Source: an uncultured Gemmatimonadales bacterium
Lineage (GTDB): Bacteria; Gemmatimonadota; Gemmatimonadetes; Gemmatimonadales; GWC2-71-9
Direction of reading: 5' to 3'
Assembly: GCA_963817715.1 (NCBI GenBank)
Contig: CAWFPG010000004.1
Coordinates: 199,673 to 263,672, forward strand
Length of the DNA stretch: 64,000 nucleotides
Shown here: piece after piece, positions 23,893 to 32,702 of the stretch
How positions within the stretch are numbered: the stretch's first letter is position 1
Layout: each line of letters starts with the position of its first letter
Notes under the pieces: model-generated
Seen by the model: the letters and a program-made list of their open reading frames with translations, nothing else
Database searches by the model: none
Told to the model about the DNA's origin: nothing
Program-made: the position numbers and the translations under genes

Positions 23893-24606
23893 ATGATTGA
23901 CCGAGCGACCATCATAGCGGTGGTTCTGGTGCTCGGCGTTCTCGGTGTCCGGGCCGTCCGCCATTCGGGATTCACGCAGCCGAGCGCACTGCGGGATGCG
24001 AGCGACATCGCTTCAGGCAAATCCGATCAACGCACACCGTCGGGGGTGAGGCTCTCTCGACTCGATTTGCGGCGTCTTGCCTCGACCGACCTCCTGCTCG
24101 GTGATTCCGCCGCCCCAGTGCCTGTCGTGGTCTTCTCCGACTACTCCTGTGGTTGGTGTGCGAGGTACCAGGCCTCGCTCGACTCGCTATTGGATCGCTA
24201 TCCAGGGATTGTAAGCGTGGTCTTCAGGCCGCTTCTGCTCGACTCTGGCGCCTTGGGCGCCATCGACGTGCATATGGGGGCGGCCTGCGCGGCCGAGCAG
24301 GGTGTGTTCGCGGAGTATCATCGCGCGGCCTACTCGAATCAGCAGGCAGTTGGTACTCGCAACGGCTGGATGAGGATCGGCGAGGCTGCTCCTGTGCCGG
24401 ACTTGAAGGAATTTGAACGCTGCGTGCTGAGCGAACGGTATCGTGAAATGATCGTGGCCAGCACGAATGAGGCCCATCGGCTCGGGTTCGTCACGACTCC
24501 TGCGTCGATCATTGGTCTTCACCCAATTGTCGGCCGCCTGACCTTCACGGTCCTTGATTCCCTGGTGAAGGAGCAGCTCGATCGACTGCGGGCAGGATAC
24601 TCCTAG
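23893..24606 (+). CDS. membrane-anchored DsbA-family thiol:disulfide oxidoreductase (CGWC active site)
   Basis: N-terminal TM segment IIAVVLVLGVLGV. Thioredoxin-fold core PVVVFSDYSCGWCARYQASLDSLLDRYPG...VFRPLLL. C-terminal part GFVTTPASIIG resembles the cis-Pro loop region. Confidence 0.75.
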   Translation: MIDRATIIAVVLVLGVLGVRAVRHSGFTQPSALRDASDIASGKSDQRTPSGVRLSRLDLRRLASTDLLLGDSAAPVPVVVFSDYSCGWCARYQASLDSLLDRYPGIVSVVFRPLLLDSGALGAIDVHMGAACAAEQGVFAEYHRAAYSNQQAVGTRNGWMRIGEAAPVPDLKEFERCVLSERYREMIVASTNEAHRLGFVTTPASIIGLHPIVGRLTFTVLDSLVKEQLDRLRAGYS

Positions 24607-24622
24607 GCCCTCTCTCGCGGTC

Positions 24623-24675
24623 GCGCCCCCAGGGGGCGGGGGCGCTGTAGTCCCTCGCTCCCCTCGGGACGAGGG
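24623..24675 (+). terminator. two stacked GC hairpins closing the low-GC cassette (GCGCCCCC..GGGGGCGC; CCCTCGcTCCCctcGGGACGAGGG)
   Basis: Read directly, 17 nt after the DsbA-like stop. No T tail. Confidence 0.45.
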
Positions 24676-24734
24676 TGACGGTGTTCCGGCCGCCACGACG
24701 CAATGTCGGGTATCCCCATCGGAGAGCCCCGCGC

Positions 24735-25645
24735 ATGCGCCGTATCCTGCCTGTCCTGTTCGCCGTCATCATCGCCGCCTGCGGCGGTTCCTCGCCGACC
24801 GGTCCGTCCGGTCCCGGCGGCGGGTCGAACGTCTTCTCCGCCTCGATCGACGGCACGGCCTGGTCGGCGCCGTCGACGGCGATCAGCTCGGCGAGCAACA
24901 CCGGGTCGATCCCGGGTGGGATCCTCTTCACCGGCACCACCACTGTCGGCACCCAGGCGCGGTCGCTGATCCTGTCGCTCGACCGGATCAAGGGACCCGG
25001 CACCTATCCGCTGGGAGTCAACACCGGGACCACCGCGGGCGGCACCCTCACCATGACCTTCGGCTCGGCATCGTGGTGGACCCCGCTCAACGGCAAGTCG
25101 GGCACCCTCACCATCACCTCGCTCACCAGCAGCCGGGTGGTGGGCACCTTCAGCGGTGAGCTGGCCCCGCTGGCGGGTGGCACCGGCAACGTCCACATCA
25201 CCAACGGCACGTTCGATGTGCCGCTCAACCCCGGCTACGCCCCCCGCCGGCCGACGATGAAGGCTCATGGGTCAAGGCGACGATCGGGGGCGCCGACTGG
25301 AACGGGGCGACGGTGATCGGCATCGGTGGCGGGACCGGGACCGCCGCGATCACCGCGACCACCGACGACTATGTGGTGACGGTCACCGCGGGGCCACTCT
25401 CCGGACCGACCAGTGGTCCGCTCACCGATGCCGGCACCGTGCCGATCCGCACGGTGCGGGTCCAGCGCGCCGGCACCACCAATGCCTGGGGTGGACTGAG
25501 CGGTGACGTGGGCACCCTCACCATCACGTCGATCACCGCGACGCGGATGGCGGGGAGCTTCTCCGGCACGCTGGCGCCGATCTCCGGTGGAGGCGCCGGC
25601 CTGGTCGTGCTCAACGGCCAGTTCGATGTGAAGATCGGGCAGTGA
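24735..25645 (+). pseudogene. lipoprotein with an internally duplicated beta-rich domain; frame broken at C6 run 25240-25245
   Basis: Lipobox MRRILPVLFAVIIAAC. Domain 1 ends GTLTITSLTSSRVVGTFSGELAPLAGGTGNVHITNGTFDVPL. Domain 2 (frame of ORF 25313, readable back to PADDEGSWVKATIGGADWNGA) ends GTLTITSITATRMAGSFSGTLAPISGGGAGLVVLNGQFDVKI. Confidence 0.6.
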
Positions 25646-25767
25646 CGATAGACGATAGACGATAGACGATAGACGTGTGGTCCGCGGACGACTGGTGCTC
25701 GGATCCGGGCTCGAGTGCTCGTGATCGAATGCGTCTATCGTCTCTCGTCTCTCGTCTCTCGTCTATC
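25644..25767. repeat. nested palindromic element B: (GACGATA)x4 array, 54-nt core, (GTCTATC)(GTCTCTC)x3(GTCTATC) array
   Basis: Read directly. Fills the gap between convergent stop codons (TGA 25643-25645 and the complement of TAG at 25763-25765). The arms pair about 25/28. The core contains the palindrome GTCCGCGGAC. Confidence 0.8.
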
Positions 25768-26452
25768 GCGCCAGGCGATATCCCGTCTTCCGCACCGTGA
25801 TGATGTGCACCGGGTTGGCGGGATCCTCTTCGAGCTTCCGTCGCAGCTCGAGGATGTGCACGTCGACGGTGCGCGAGATCACGTCGGCTTCGTACTGCCA
25901 GACCTCGTCGAGCAGCTCGGCTCGGGTGGCGACCCGGCCGTCGCGATGGAGGAGCGCGACCAGCAGGTCGAACTCCTTGGGGCGGAGCGCGACTGCCTCT
26001 CCATCACGGGTGACCTCGTGGGTGGCTCGGTCGACGGCCACCGTGCCGAATTGCCAGCGGTCCGGGGCGGGATGCGATTCCTCGGGTGGGGCGTGGCGGC
26101 GCAGCATTGCGGCCACCCGGGCCAGCAGCTCGGGGAGCGAGAACGGCTTGACCACGTAGTCGTCGGCGCCATGGCGGAAGCCGCGCAGTCGGTCGGCTTC
26201 CGAGCCCCGCGCCGAGAGGATAAGCACCGGGACCTCGCGGCCCTCGTCGCGGAGCTGTCGCAGCACGTCGATGCCCTCCATGCCGGGGAGCATGATGTCG
26301 AGGATGAGGAGGTGAGGGTCCCAGTGTCGGGCCTGGCCAAGGCCCTTCTCGCCCGTCGCCTCGACACGCACCTCGTAGCCATCGTGGGCGAGGTTGAGCC
26401 GCAGTCCCTCGGCCAGGGTCTGGTTGTCCTCGATCACCAGGATCCTTCGCAT
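25763..26452 (-). CDS. OmpR/PhoB-family response regulator
   Basis: MRRILVIEDNQTLAEGL...LLILDIMLPGMEGIDV receiver domain, and a winged-helix output domain ending VHIITVRKTGYRLAR. Confidence 0.9.
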   Translation of the reverse strand: MRRILVIEDNQTLAEGLRLNLAHDGYEVRVEATGEKGLGQARHWDPHLLILDIMLPGMEGIDVLRQLRDEGREVPVLILSARGSEADRLRGFRHGADDYVVKPFSLPELLARVAAMLRRHAPPEESHPAPDRWQFGTVAVDRATHEVTRDGEAVALRPKEFDLLVALLHRDGRVATRAELLDEVWQYEADVISRTVDVHILELRRKLEEDPANPVHIITVRKTGYRLAR

Positions 26453-28074
26453 CAGGTCGCCTCCGCCGCGGCCATCAGCCGCACCTCGATTCGTGCTCCA
26501 TGGTCCAGATCGCCCACGACGGCATCGCCCCCGTGGAGCCGTGCCAGGTAGCGCACCACCGCCAGTCCGAGGCCGGTGCCGCCGTCGTCGCCACGGGCAT
26601 AGGGCAACCAGACCCGCTCACGCTCGGCGCTGGGGATCCCGGGGCCCTCGTCCTCGACCACCAGCAGCAGCGCGTCGTCGCGATGATCGACCACGATCCG
26701 CAGCCGCTGGCCCTCGGGGCCGTGGCGGATCGCGTTGTCGAGCAGGTTGACAAGAATCCGCCGCACTGCGCTGCCATCGACAATTGCCGTCGGGGGACCG
26801 AGATGATCGATTTCGACCCGCATGTGGCGGTCGGCGAGCAGCGGCTTGAAGGCGGCAATGACCTCATCGACCAGGCGGACGACATCCTCGGGCCCCGTCT
26901 CGAGCTGTTCGTCGGCACGCGCCATCCGCGCCGATGCCAGGATGTTCTCGACCATGTCGCCGAGGCGGCGGGTCTCCCGGGTGATCGTCTCGAGCGCCGC
27001 GCGTCGCGCTGCCGGTTCGACAATCCGCTCGAGCATCAGCGTCTCGGCATAGAGATGGATGTTGGCGAGTGGGGTGCGCAGCTCGTGTGACACCGACGAG
27101 GTGAACTCGTGCCGCATTCGCGCCAGGGTGAGGGTGCGCCAGGCCAGTGCGGCGGTGCCGGCGAGCAGCAGCAGCGCCAGGCCGATCACCGCCGCGACAC
27201 GGGGACCGGGGGCCGGTGGATAGCCACCCGGCATGAGGTAGGGAATGGCGTCGGCGCCAACGGTGACCACCACGCGACCCGAGAGGGGGGCCAAGGCGAC
27301 CTGGTCCATCGTCCAGCCCTCGAGTGGCTCGTTGTAGTCGAGCAGCGTGATGCCATCGCCGGTCTCCACGTGCACGGCGATCGGAACGATGTGGCTGCTC
27401 GGTCGCTTCTCGGGCAGCGAGTCGTACATCATCTCGAAGAACGCCTCGGTCCGCTGCGGCGCCGGGAGCAGCACGGCGGTGCGGTACTCGTAGAGCGGCA
27501 CCTCGAACCCGATCCATCCGGCGCCCGCCCGGTTGGGTTGGAGCACCGCCAGGGTGGTGTCGGCACCGCGGGCAACGACCGTGGCGCGGAAGGTCAACCG
27601 CTTCGGCAGTGAGTCGGCCAGTCGTGCGTCGAGTCGTGCGACCAGCGTGCTGTCGACCGTGCCGTCGCTGGAAGTCAGCCGCCACCCGAGCGAGTCGCCC
27701 ACGAAGAAGTTGCGCGGCATGACCTTGGCCGGTCCCGTTTCATAGAGCTGTGCCGCGACCCGCGAGGTCCACTCACTCACCGTGCCGGTCGCCGGCGCCC
27801 GGGAGGCATCCTGCGCGGCAAGCAGCAGGTTCCGGAAGGTGTACCAGGTTTCCGAACCGTACAGTTCGCCGTAGTGCCCCGACATGTAGGCGGCGTGGTC
27901 GCGAAGTGTCTCGTCGGCCGTGGCTCGGTGGCGCACCATCGACTGCCACAGCGTCCAGCCGCCCCACGCCACCATGGCGATGGCCAGCACAAACGCCGCC
28001 ATCACGAGGCGTTCGGTGTGCTTCATCGCCGGGGCCAGCGGCCAGCGGCGGCGCGGGTTTCGCGATCCGGACAT
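26452..28074 (-). CDS. sensor histidine kinase (periplasmic sensor, HisKA, HATPase_c)
   Basis: H-box FTSSVSHELRTPLANI, N-box LVNLLDNAIRHG, G-boxes EDEGPGIP and GTGLGLAVV. The stop overlaps the RR start by 1 nt. ATG 28026 (MKHTERL...) is an alternative start. Confidence 0.85.
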   Translation of the reverse strand: MSGSRNPRRRWPLAPAMKHTERLVMAAFVLAIAMVAWGGWTLWQSMVRHRATADETLRDHAAYMSGHYGELYGSETWYTFRNLLLAAQDASRAPATGTVSEWTSRVAAQLYETGPAKVMPRNFFVGDSLGWRLTSSDGTVDSTLVARLDARLADSLPKRLTFRATVVARGADTTLAVLQPNRAGAGWIGFEVPLYEYRTAVLLPAPQRTEAFFEMMYDSLPEKRPSSHIVPIAVHVETGDGITLLDYNEPLEGWTMDQVALAPLSGRVVVTVGADAIPYLMPGGYPPAPGPRVAAVIGLALLLLAGTAALAWRTLTLARMRHEFTSSVSHELRTPLANIHLYAETLMLERIVEPAARRAALETITRETRRLGDMVENILASARMARADEQLETGPEDVVRLVDEVIAAFKPLLADRHMRVEIDHLGPPTAIVDGSAVRRILVNLLDNAIRHGPEGQRLRIVVDHRDDALLLVVEDEGPGIPSAERERVWLPYARGDDGGTGLGLAVVRYLARLHGGDAVVGDLDHGARIEVRLMAAAEAT

Positions 28075-28461
28075 TCGGCAAATGTACCGAGGAGACCCGG
28101 CTGGCGCCGGGGGAGGGCAGCGGCCCTGACCGGGCTCTGACCGGTGGCCCGACGCCGAGCCCAGCCGCGCGTCGGGGCCGGTTCGTCACCGGGAAGAAAA
28201 AACGTCCGGCCGCCGATGGCACCCCGGGAGCGGCTGAATCGGGGCACCTCCAACGACCGGACGCCATTTCCACATCCATCCGTGAACGAGTTCCCCCGTC
28301 CACACCGAACCATACGTCGAAGCGCATCGTGGAGTTGTCAGGACCATGTCCGAACCCGGTTCGAGCCGGGTGGGGTCGGGTCGTGTCATCGCGAAACGCA
28401 GGCCGGCGACGGTGACCGGATTCGAACGATCGGGATCGCTCCGCTCGGTTACCGTTGAACC

Positions 28462-29925
28462 ATGCGTCGCCCTGTCCCGATCTCCCTGCTGCTCCTGATG
28501 ACGGCCACCACGCCACTGGTGGCACAGCGGGCCGATTCCGCTGCGGTCGCCCGGCGACAGGTCCGTGTTGCTGCCCAACTGCTGGGCCGGGGAGATTCGG
28601 CCGCCGCACTCGATAGTGTGCTCGCGGCCACTCGGGCCTGGCCGGCCCAGGGGGCGTATCGGGTGATGGCAGCGCGGTTGGCCGCGGCGACCGGCCGTGA
28701 CACGCTGGCGCTCACCCTGCTGCGAGACCTCAATGTGACCGGATATGCCTGGAACGATGCGGCACCGGAGTATTCCCGACTTGCGACATCGCCGGCGTTC
28801 CGTTCGGCAGCCGACGGTTCGCGAGCCAACCAGGCGCCGGTGATCGGCAGCGCGGTCTTCCGGGTCCTCCCCGACGAACGCCTCCATCCCGAGTCGGTCG
28901 CCTTCGACGCCCGAACCGGTCGGGTCTTCGTGACCAGCGTGCGACAGCGCAAGGTGATCGTGCTCGAGCCCGACGGTCGGGTGCGCGACTTTGTCGACTG
29001 CGATGCGGTGCCGCTCGACGCCGTGCTGGGCGTGGCGGTGGATACCACGCGACAGCGGCTCTGGCTCACCTCCTCTCCGATGCCGGAGGAGGACGGTGGG
29101 GATCGTGGCCCAGCCGCGATCGTGGCGCTCGACCTTGACGACGGGTCGCCGCGAGGGCGCTGGACCGTGCCCGACGACGGCCGCGACCACGTGCTGGGCG
29201 AGGTCACCGTCGCCCCTGACGGCCGGGTCTACGCCACCGACTCGCGTCAACCGGTGATCTACCGGGTACCACGCGAGTCGGCTGACGGGGGCACCCTGGA
29301 GGGGAGTGGCTATCACTCACCGGATTGGGTTTCACTGCAGGGGCTCGCCTTCAGTGCCGACGGTGCGCTGGCCTGGGTCGCCGACTGGACCACCGGGCTC
29401 TATCGCATCGACCTGGAACGTGGCGAGGTGATGCCGGTGCGCGGGGCGGCGACCGACTACCTGCTGGGGATCGACGACCTGCTGGTTGCCGGCCCGCGAC
29501 GCCTGGTCGCGATCCAGAACGGGATCGCTCCCCCGCGGGTGATCAGCCTTTCGCTCGACGAGGGCGGCTCGATGGTGACCGACCTCACCGTCCTCGACCG
29601 CCACCTGCCGCTTGCCGAGGAGCCGAGTGGCGGTGTGCTGGTGGCCGGGGCGCTCCTCTACGTGGCAAACGCCCCCTGGGGACACTACCGGGGCGACGGA
29701 AGCCCCGATCCGGCGAAGCCGTTCCCGAAGCCGGTGCTGTTGCCGACTGCCGTTGCCGCGCTGAGCGCCAGGAGCGCCGGCGGTGGCGGACAACGCCCCG
29801 GTCCCGTCAGCGTTCCGGCTGTTCGACCGTCCGTCTATCTTTCCGCCCGTTCCCGGACCCTGGAGCTGGCGGCATGCCGGACTGGTTCGCCCACGAATCG
29901 AGCTACATCGACGACGGTGCCGTGA
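28462..29925 (+). CDS. secreted protein: N-terminal TPR-like helices plus beta-propeller-like (SMP-30/gluconolactonase/LRE-like) region, hypothetical; 3' end doubtful
   Basis: Signal [22 protein letters not shown]. Strand motifs [68 protein letters not shown]. The last ~55 aa are Arg/Ser/Pro-rich and overlap the next gene. Confidence 0.5.
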   Translation: MRRPVPISLLLLMTATTPLVAQRADSAAVARRQVRVAAQLLGRGDSAAALDSVLAATRAWPAQGAYRVMAARLAAATGRDTLALTLLRDLNVTGYAWNDAAPEYSRLATSPAFRSAADGSRANQAPVIGSAVFRVLPDERLHPESVAFDARTGRVFVTSVRQRKVIVLEPDGRVRDFVDCDAVPLDAVLGVAVDTTRQRLWLTSSPMPEEDGGDRGPAAIVALDLDDGSPRGRWTVPDDGRDHVLGEVTVAPDGRVYATDSRQPVIYRVPRESADGGTLEGSGYHSPDWVSLQGLAFSADGALAWVADWTTGLYRIDLERGEVMPVRGAATDYLLGIDDLLVAGPRRLVAIQNGIAPPRVISLSLDEGGSMVTDLTVLDRHLPLAEEPSGGVLVAGALLYVANAPWGHYRGDGSPDPAKPFPKPVLLPTAVAALSARSAGGGGQRPGPVSVPAVRPSVYLSARSRTLELAACRTGSPTNRATSTTVP

Positions 29926-30457
29926 TCGGTGCCGGCACCAAGATCTGGCACTTCTGCCACGTGATGTCCGGCGCGGTGATCGGTGATCGCTGCAGCCTGG
30001 GGCAGAACGTGGTGGTGATGCCGGGGACCCGGCTCGGGAACAACGTCAAGGTCCAGAACAATGTCTCGATCTATGAGGGCGTCGAGCTCGAGGACGACGT
30101 CTTCTGTGGGCCGAGCTGTGTCTTCACCAACGTGATGAATCCTCGCTCGGCGGTCTCGCGAAAGCACGAGTACCGCCGCACCCTGGTCCGTCGGGGGGCC
30201 ACGGTGGGGGCCAACGCCACGGTGGTCTGTGGGGTGACCCTGGGGAGTACGCCTTCGTGGGGGCCGGGGCGGTGATCACCGCCGACGTTCCGGCCTTCGC
30301 CCTGATGGTCGGCGTGCCGGCCCGCCAGCTCGGCTGGATGTGCCAGTGCGGCGAGCGACTGCCCGAGGCGGCCCCCGAGGTCTCCTGCGGTGCCTGCGGG
30401 GCCCGCTACCGCGCTCGATGGCGGCGGCCCTTCGCCAGATCGCGCCGGGGTGGCTAA
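29874..30457 (+). pseudogene. left-handed beta-helix N-acetyltransferase, WbpD-like; frame broken at G4 run 30242-30245
   Basis: [48 protein letters not shown]...FTNVMNPRS...GVTLG | [33 protein letters not shown]. The second part is in the frame of ORF 30257. Confidence 0.75.
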
Positions 30458-30511
30458 CTTGCAGGGTTGCTTGAGCTTGCATTACATCCCGCAGCCGTGG
30501 AGCGACCCGGC

Positions 30512-31627
30512 ATGAGCGTGCCGATGCTGGACCTGAAGGCGCAGCACGAGGCCATCAAGGAAGCCGTGCTGGCTCGGGTGGGGAGCGTCATCGAGCGTCA
30601 GCAGTTCATCATGGGCCCCGAGATTGGCGAGCTGGAGTGTGCCATCGCCGGGCTCTGCCACACCCCCTGGGCGGTCGGCTGTGCCTCGGGAACCGATGCC
30701 CTGCTGCTGCCGCTCAAGGCGCTGGAACTCCGGCCTGGCGACGAGGTGATCACCACGGCATTCACCTTCTTCGCCACGGCGGGGGCGATCCACAATGCCG
30801 GTGGTCGGCCGGTGTTCGTCGACATCAACCCCGAGACGTTCAACATCGATCCCGATGCGATCGCCGCGGCGATCACGCCGCGGACCCGGGCGATCGTGGT
30901 GGTGCACCTCTACGGCCAGATGGTGCCGATGGAGCGGATCCTGCCGGTCGCCGAGGCAGCGGGGATTCCGGTGATCGAGGACATGGCCCAGGCGATCGGG
31001 GCCCGGCGCCGGATCGACGGCGACTGGCGGATGGCGGGCGAACTCGGGTGGGTCGGGACGATCTCCTTCTTTCCCAGCAAGAATCTTGGCGGCTGGGGCG
31101 ACGCCGGGATGATGGTCTGCCGCGACGAGGCGCTGGCCGGGCGGTTGGCGCGGTTGCGACTGCATGGCGGCTCGAAGCAGTACCATCACGACGAGGTCGG
31201 CTTCAATTCCCGACTCGACGCGTTGCAGGCCGCCGTACTGCTGGCCAAGCTGCCGCACCTCGCCGACTGGAGCGCCGGTCGGCGTGACCGCGCGGCGCGC
31301 TACGACCAGCTGCTCGCCGATCTGCCGACGGTCCGCACTCCGGTGATCGATGCGGCCAATGAGCCGATCTTCCATCAGTACACCGTGCGCGCCGAGCGGC
31401 GTGACGGGCTGCGCGAACACCTGACGGCCCGGGGGATCGCCTCGATGATCTACTATCCGATCGCGCTGCACCTGCAGCCCTGTTTTGCGGATCTCGGAAT
31501 GGGGCCCGGGACACTGCCGGAGACCGAGCGGGCGATGACCGAGGTGATCTCGCTGCCGATCTATCCCGAACTCACCGATGGCCAGCAGGACACGGTGGTC
31601 GCCGCGATCCGGGAGTTCTACGCATGA
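30512..31627 (+). CDS. DegT/DnrJ/EryC1/StrS-family aminotransferase, WbpE-like
   Basis: MSVPMLDLKAQHEAIKEAV...FIMGPEIGELE...GTDALLL...SFFPSKNLGGWGDAG (PLP lysine context). Confidence 0.85.
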   Translation: MSVPMLDLKAQHEAIKEAVLARVGSVIERQQFIMGPEIGELECAIAGLCHTPWAVGCASGTDALLLPLKALELRPGDEVITTAFTFFATAGAIHNAGGRPVFVDINPETFNIDPDAIAAAITPRTRAIVVVHLYGQMVPMERILPVAEAAGIPVIEDMAQAIGARRRIDGDWRMAGELGWVGTISFFPSKNLGGWGDAGMMVCRDEALAGRLARLRLHGGSKQYHHDEVGFNSRLDALQAAVLLAKLPHLADWSAGRRDRAARYDQLLADLPTVRTPVIDAANEPIFHQYTVRAERRDGLREHLTARGIASMIYYPIALHLQPCFADLGMGPGTLPETERAMTEVISLPIYPELTDGQQDTVVAAIREFYA

Positions 31628-32697
31628 GCGGGCGCCCGGGCGAGATCGGTCGGCCGATCACCGGCCGGAAGATCCGGATGGCGGTGGTTGGTTGCGGACG
31701 GATCGCGGGACGGCACTTCGACGCCTTCGAGGCCCACGCCGACGACTGCGAGGTGGTGGCGGTCTGCGACACTGATCCGGCCGCCCTCGCGGCGGCGGTG
31801 GAGCGGACCGGCGCCAAGGGGTTTGCCGTGCTCGACGACCTGCTGGCCGGCTCCGATGCCGATGTCGTGGTGCTCGCGACGCCCAGCGGGCTGCACGCCG
31901 CCCAGGCGATCCGTTGCGCCGAGGCGGGGCGCCACGTGGTGACCGAGAAGCCGATGGCCACCCATTGGCAGGACGGCAAGGCGATGGTGGCGGCGTGCGA
32001 CGCCGCCGACGTGCGGCTCTTCGTGGTCAAGCAGAACCGGCGCAACGCCACGGTGCAGCTGGTCAAGCGGGCCATGGCGGCGGGCCGCTTCGGACGGATC
32101 CACATGGTGACCGTCAATGTGTTCTGGACCCGCCCCCAGGCCTACTACGACTCCGCCCCGTGGCGGGGGACCTGGGAGTTCGATGGCGGCGCCTTCATGA
32201 ACCAGGCGAGTCACTATGTCGACCTGCTCGACTGGCTGGTGGGGCCGGTCGAGAGCGTCCAGGCGTTCACGGCCACCCTGGCCCGCCAGATCGAGGTGGA
32301 GGACACCGGGGTGCTGGCCATTCGCTGGCGAAGCGGGGCCCTGGGCACCATGGCGGTGACCATGCTGACGCACCCCAGGAACTATGAGGGTTCGATCACC
32401 ATCCTGGGCGAGACCGGCACCGTCCGGCTGGGTGGCGTGGCGGTCAACACGATCGAGCATTGGGAGTTCGCCGACAGCCACCCGGATGATGCCAGGGTCA
32501 AGGATGCCTCCTATGCCACGACCTCGGTCTACGGCCACGGCCATCAGGGCTACTACGAGAACGTGCTGGCCACCCTCCGCGGCACGGAACTTCCGGAGAC
32601 GGACGGCCGTGAGGGCTTGCATTCGCTGGAACTCCTGATCGCCACCTACCTGTCGGCCCGCGACGGTCGCCGGGTCGCCTTGCCCCTGGAGTACTGA
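31624..32697 (+). CDS. Gfo/Idh/MocA-family oxidoreductase, WbpB-like
   Basis: Rossmann start IRMAVVGCGRIAGRHF, and EKPMATHWQDGKAMV. ATGA overlap with the upstream gene. Confidence 0.8.
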   Translation: MSGRPGEIGRPITGRKIRMAVVGCGRIAGRHFDAFEAHADDCEVVAVCDTDPAALAAAVERTGAKGFAVLDDLLAGSDADVVVLATPSGLHAAQAIRCAEAGRHVVTEKPMATHWQDGKAMVAACDAADVRLFVVKQNRRNATVQLVKRAMAAGRFGRIHMVTVNVFWTRPQAYYDSAPWRGTWEFDGGAFMNQASHYVDLLDWLVGPVESVQAFTATLARQIEVEDTGVLAIRWRSGALGTMAVTMLTHPRNYEGSITILGETGTVRLGGVAVNTIEHWEFADSHPDDARVKDASYATTSVYGHGHQGYYENVLATLRGTELPETDGREGLHSLELLIATYLSARDGRRVALPLEY

Positions 32698-32702
32698 CCA
32701 CC

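Noticed and set aside
28403-28432. tRNA-like fragment on the minus strand (..CGTTCGAATCCGGTCACCGTCGCC..), possibly an att remnant of an integrated element
   Set aside because: Only a T-loop-like TTCGAATCC and a possible 3' acceptor strand are present. The 5' T-stem strand does not pair (GATCG versus CCGGT) and no D or anticodon arms can be drawn. There is no integrase or matching direct repeat in the window. Most likely chance.
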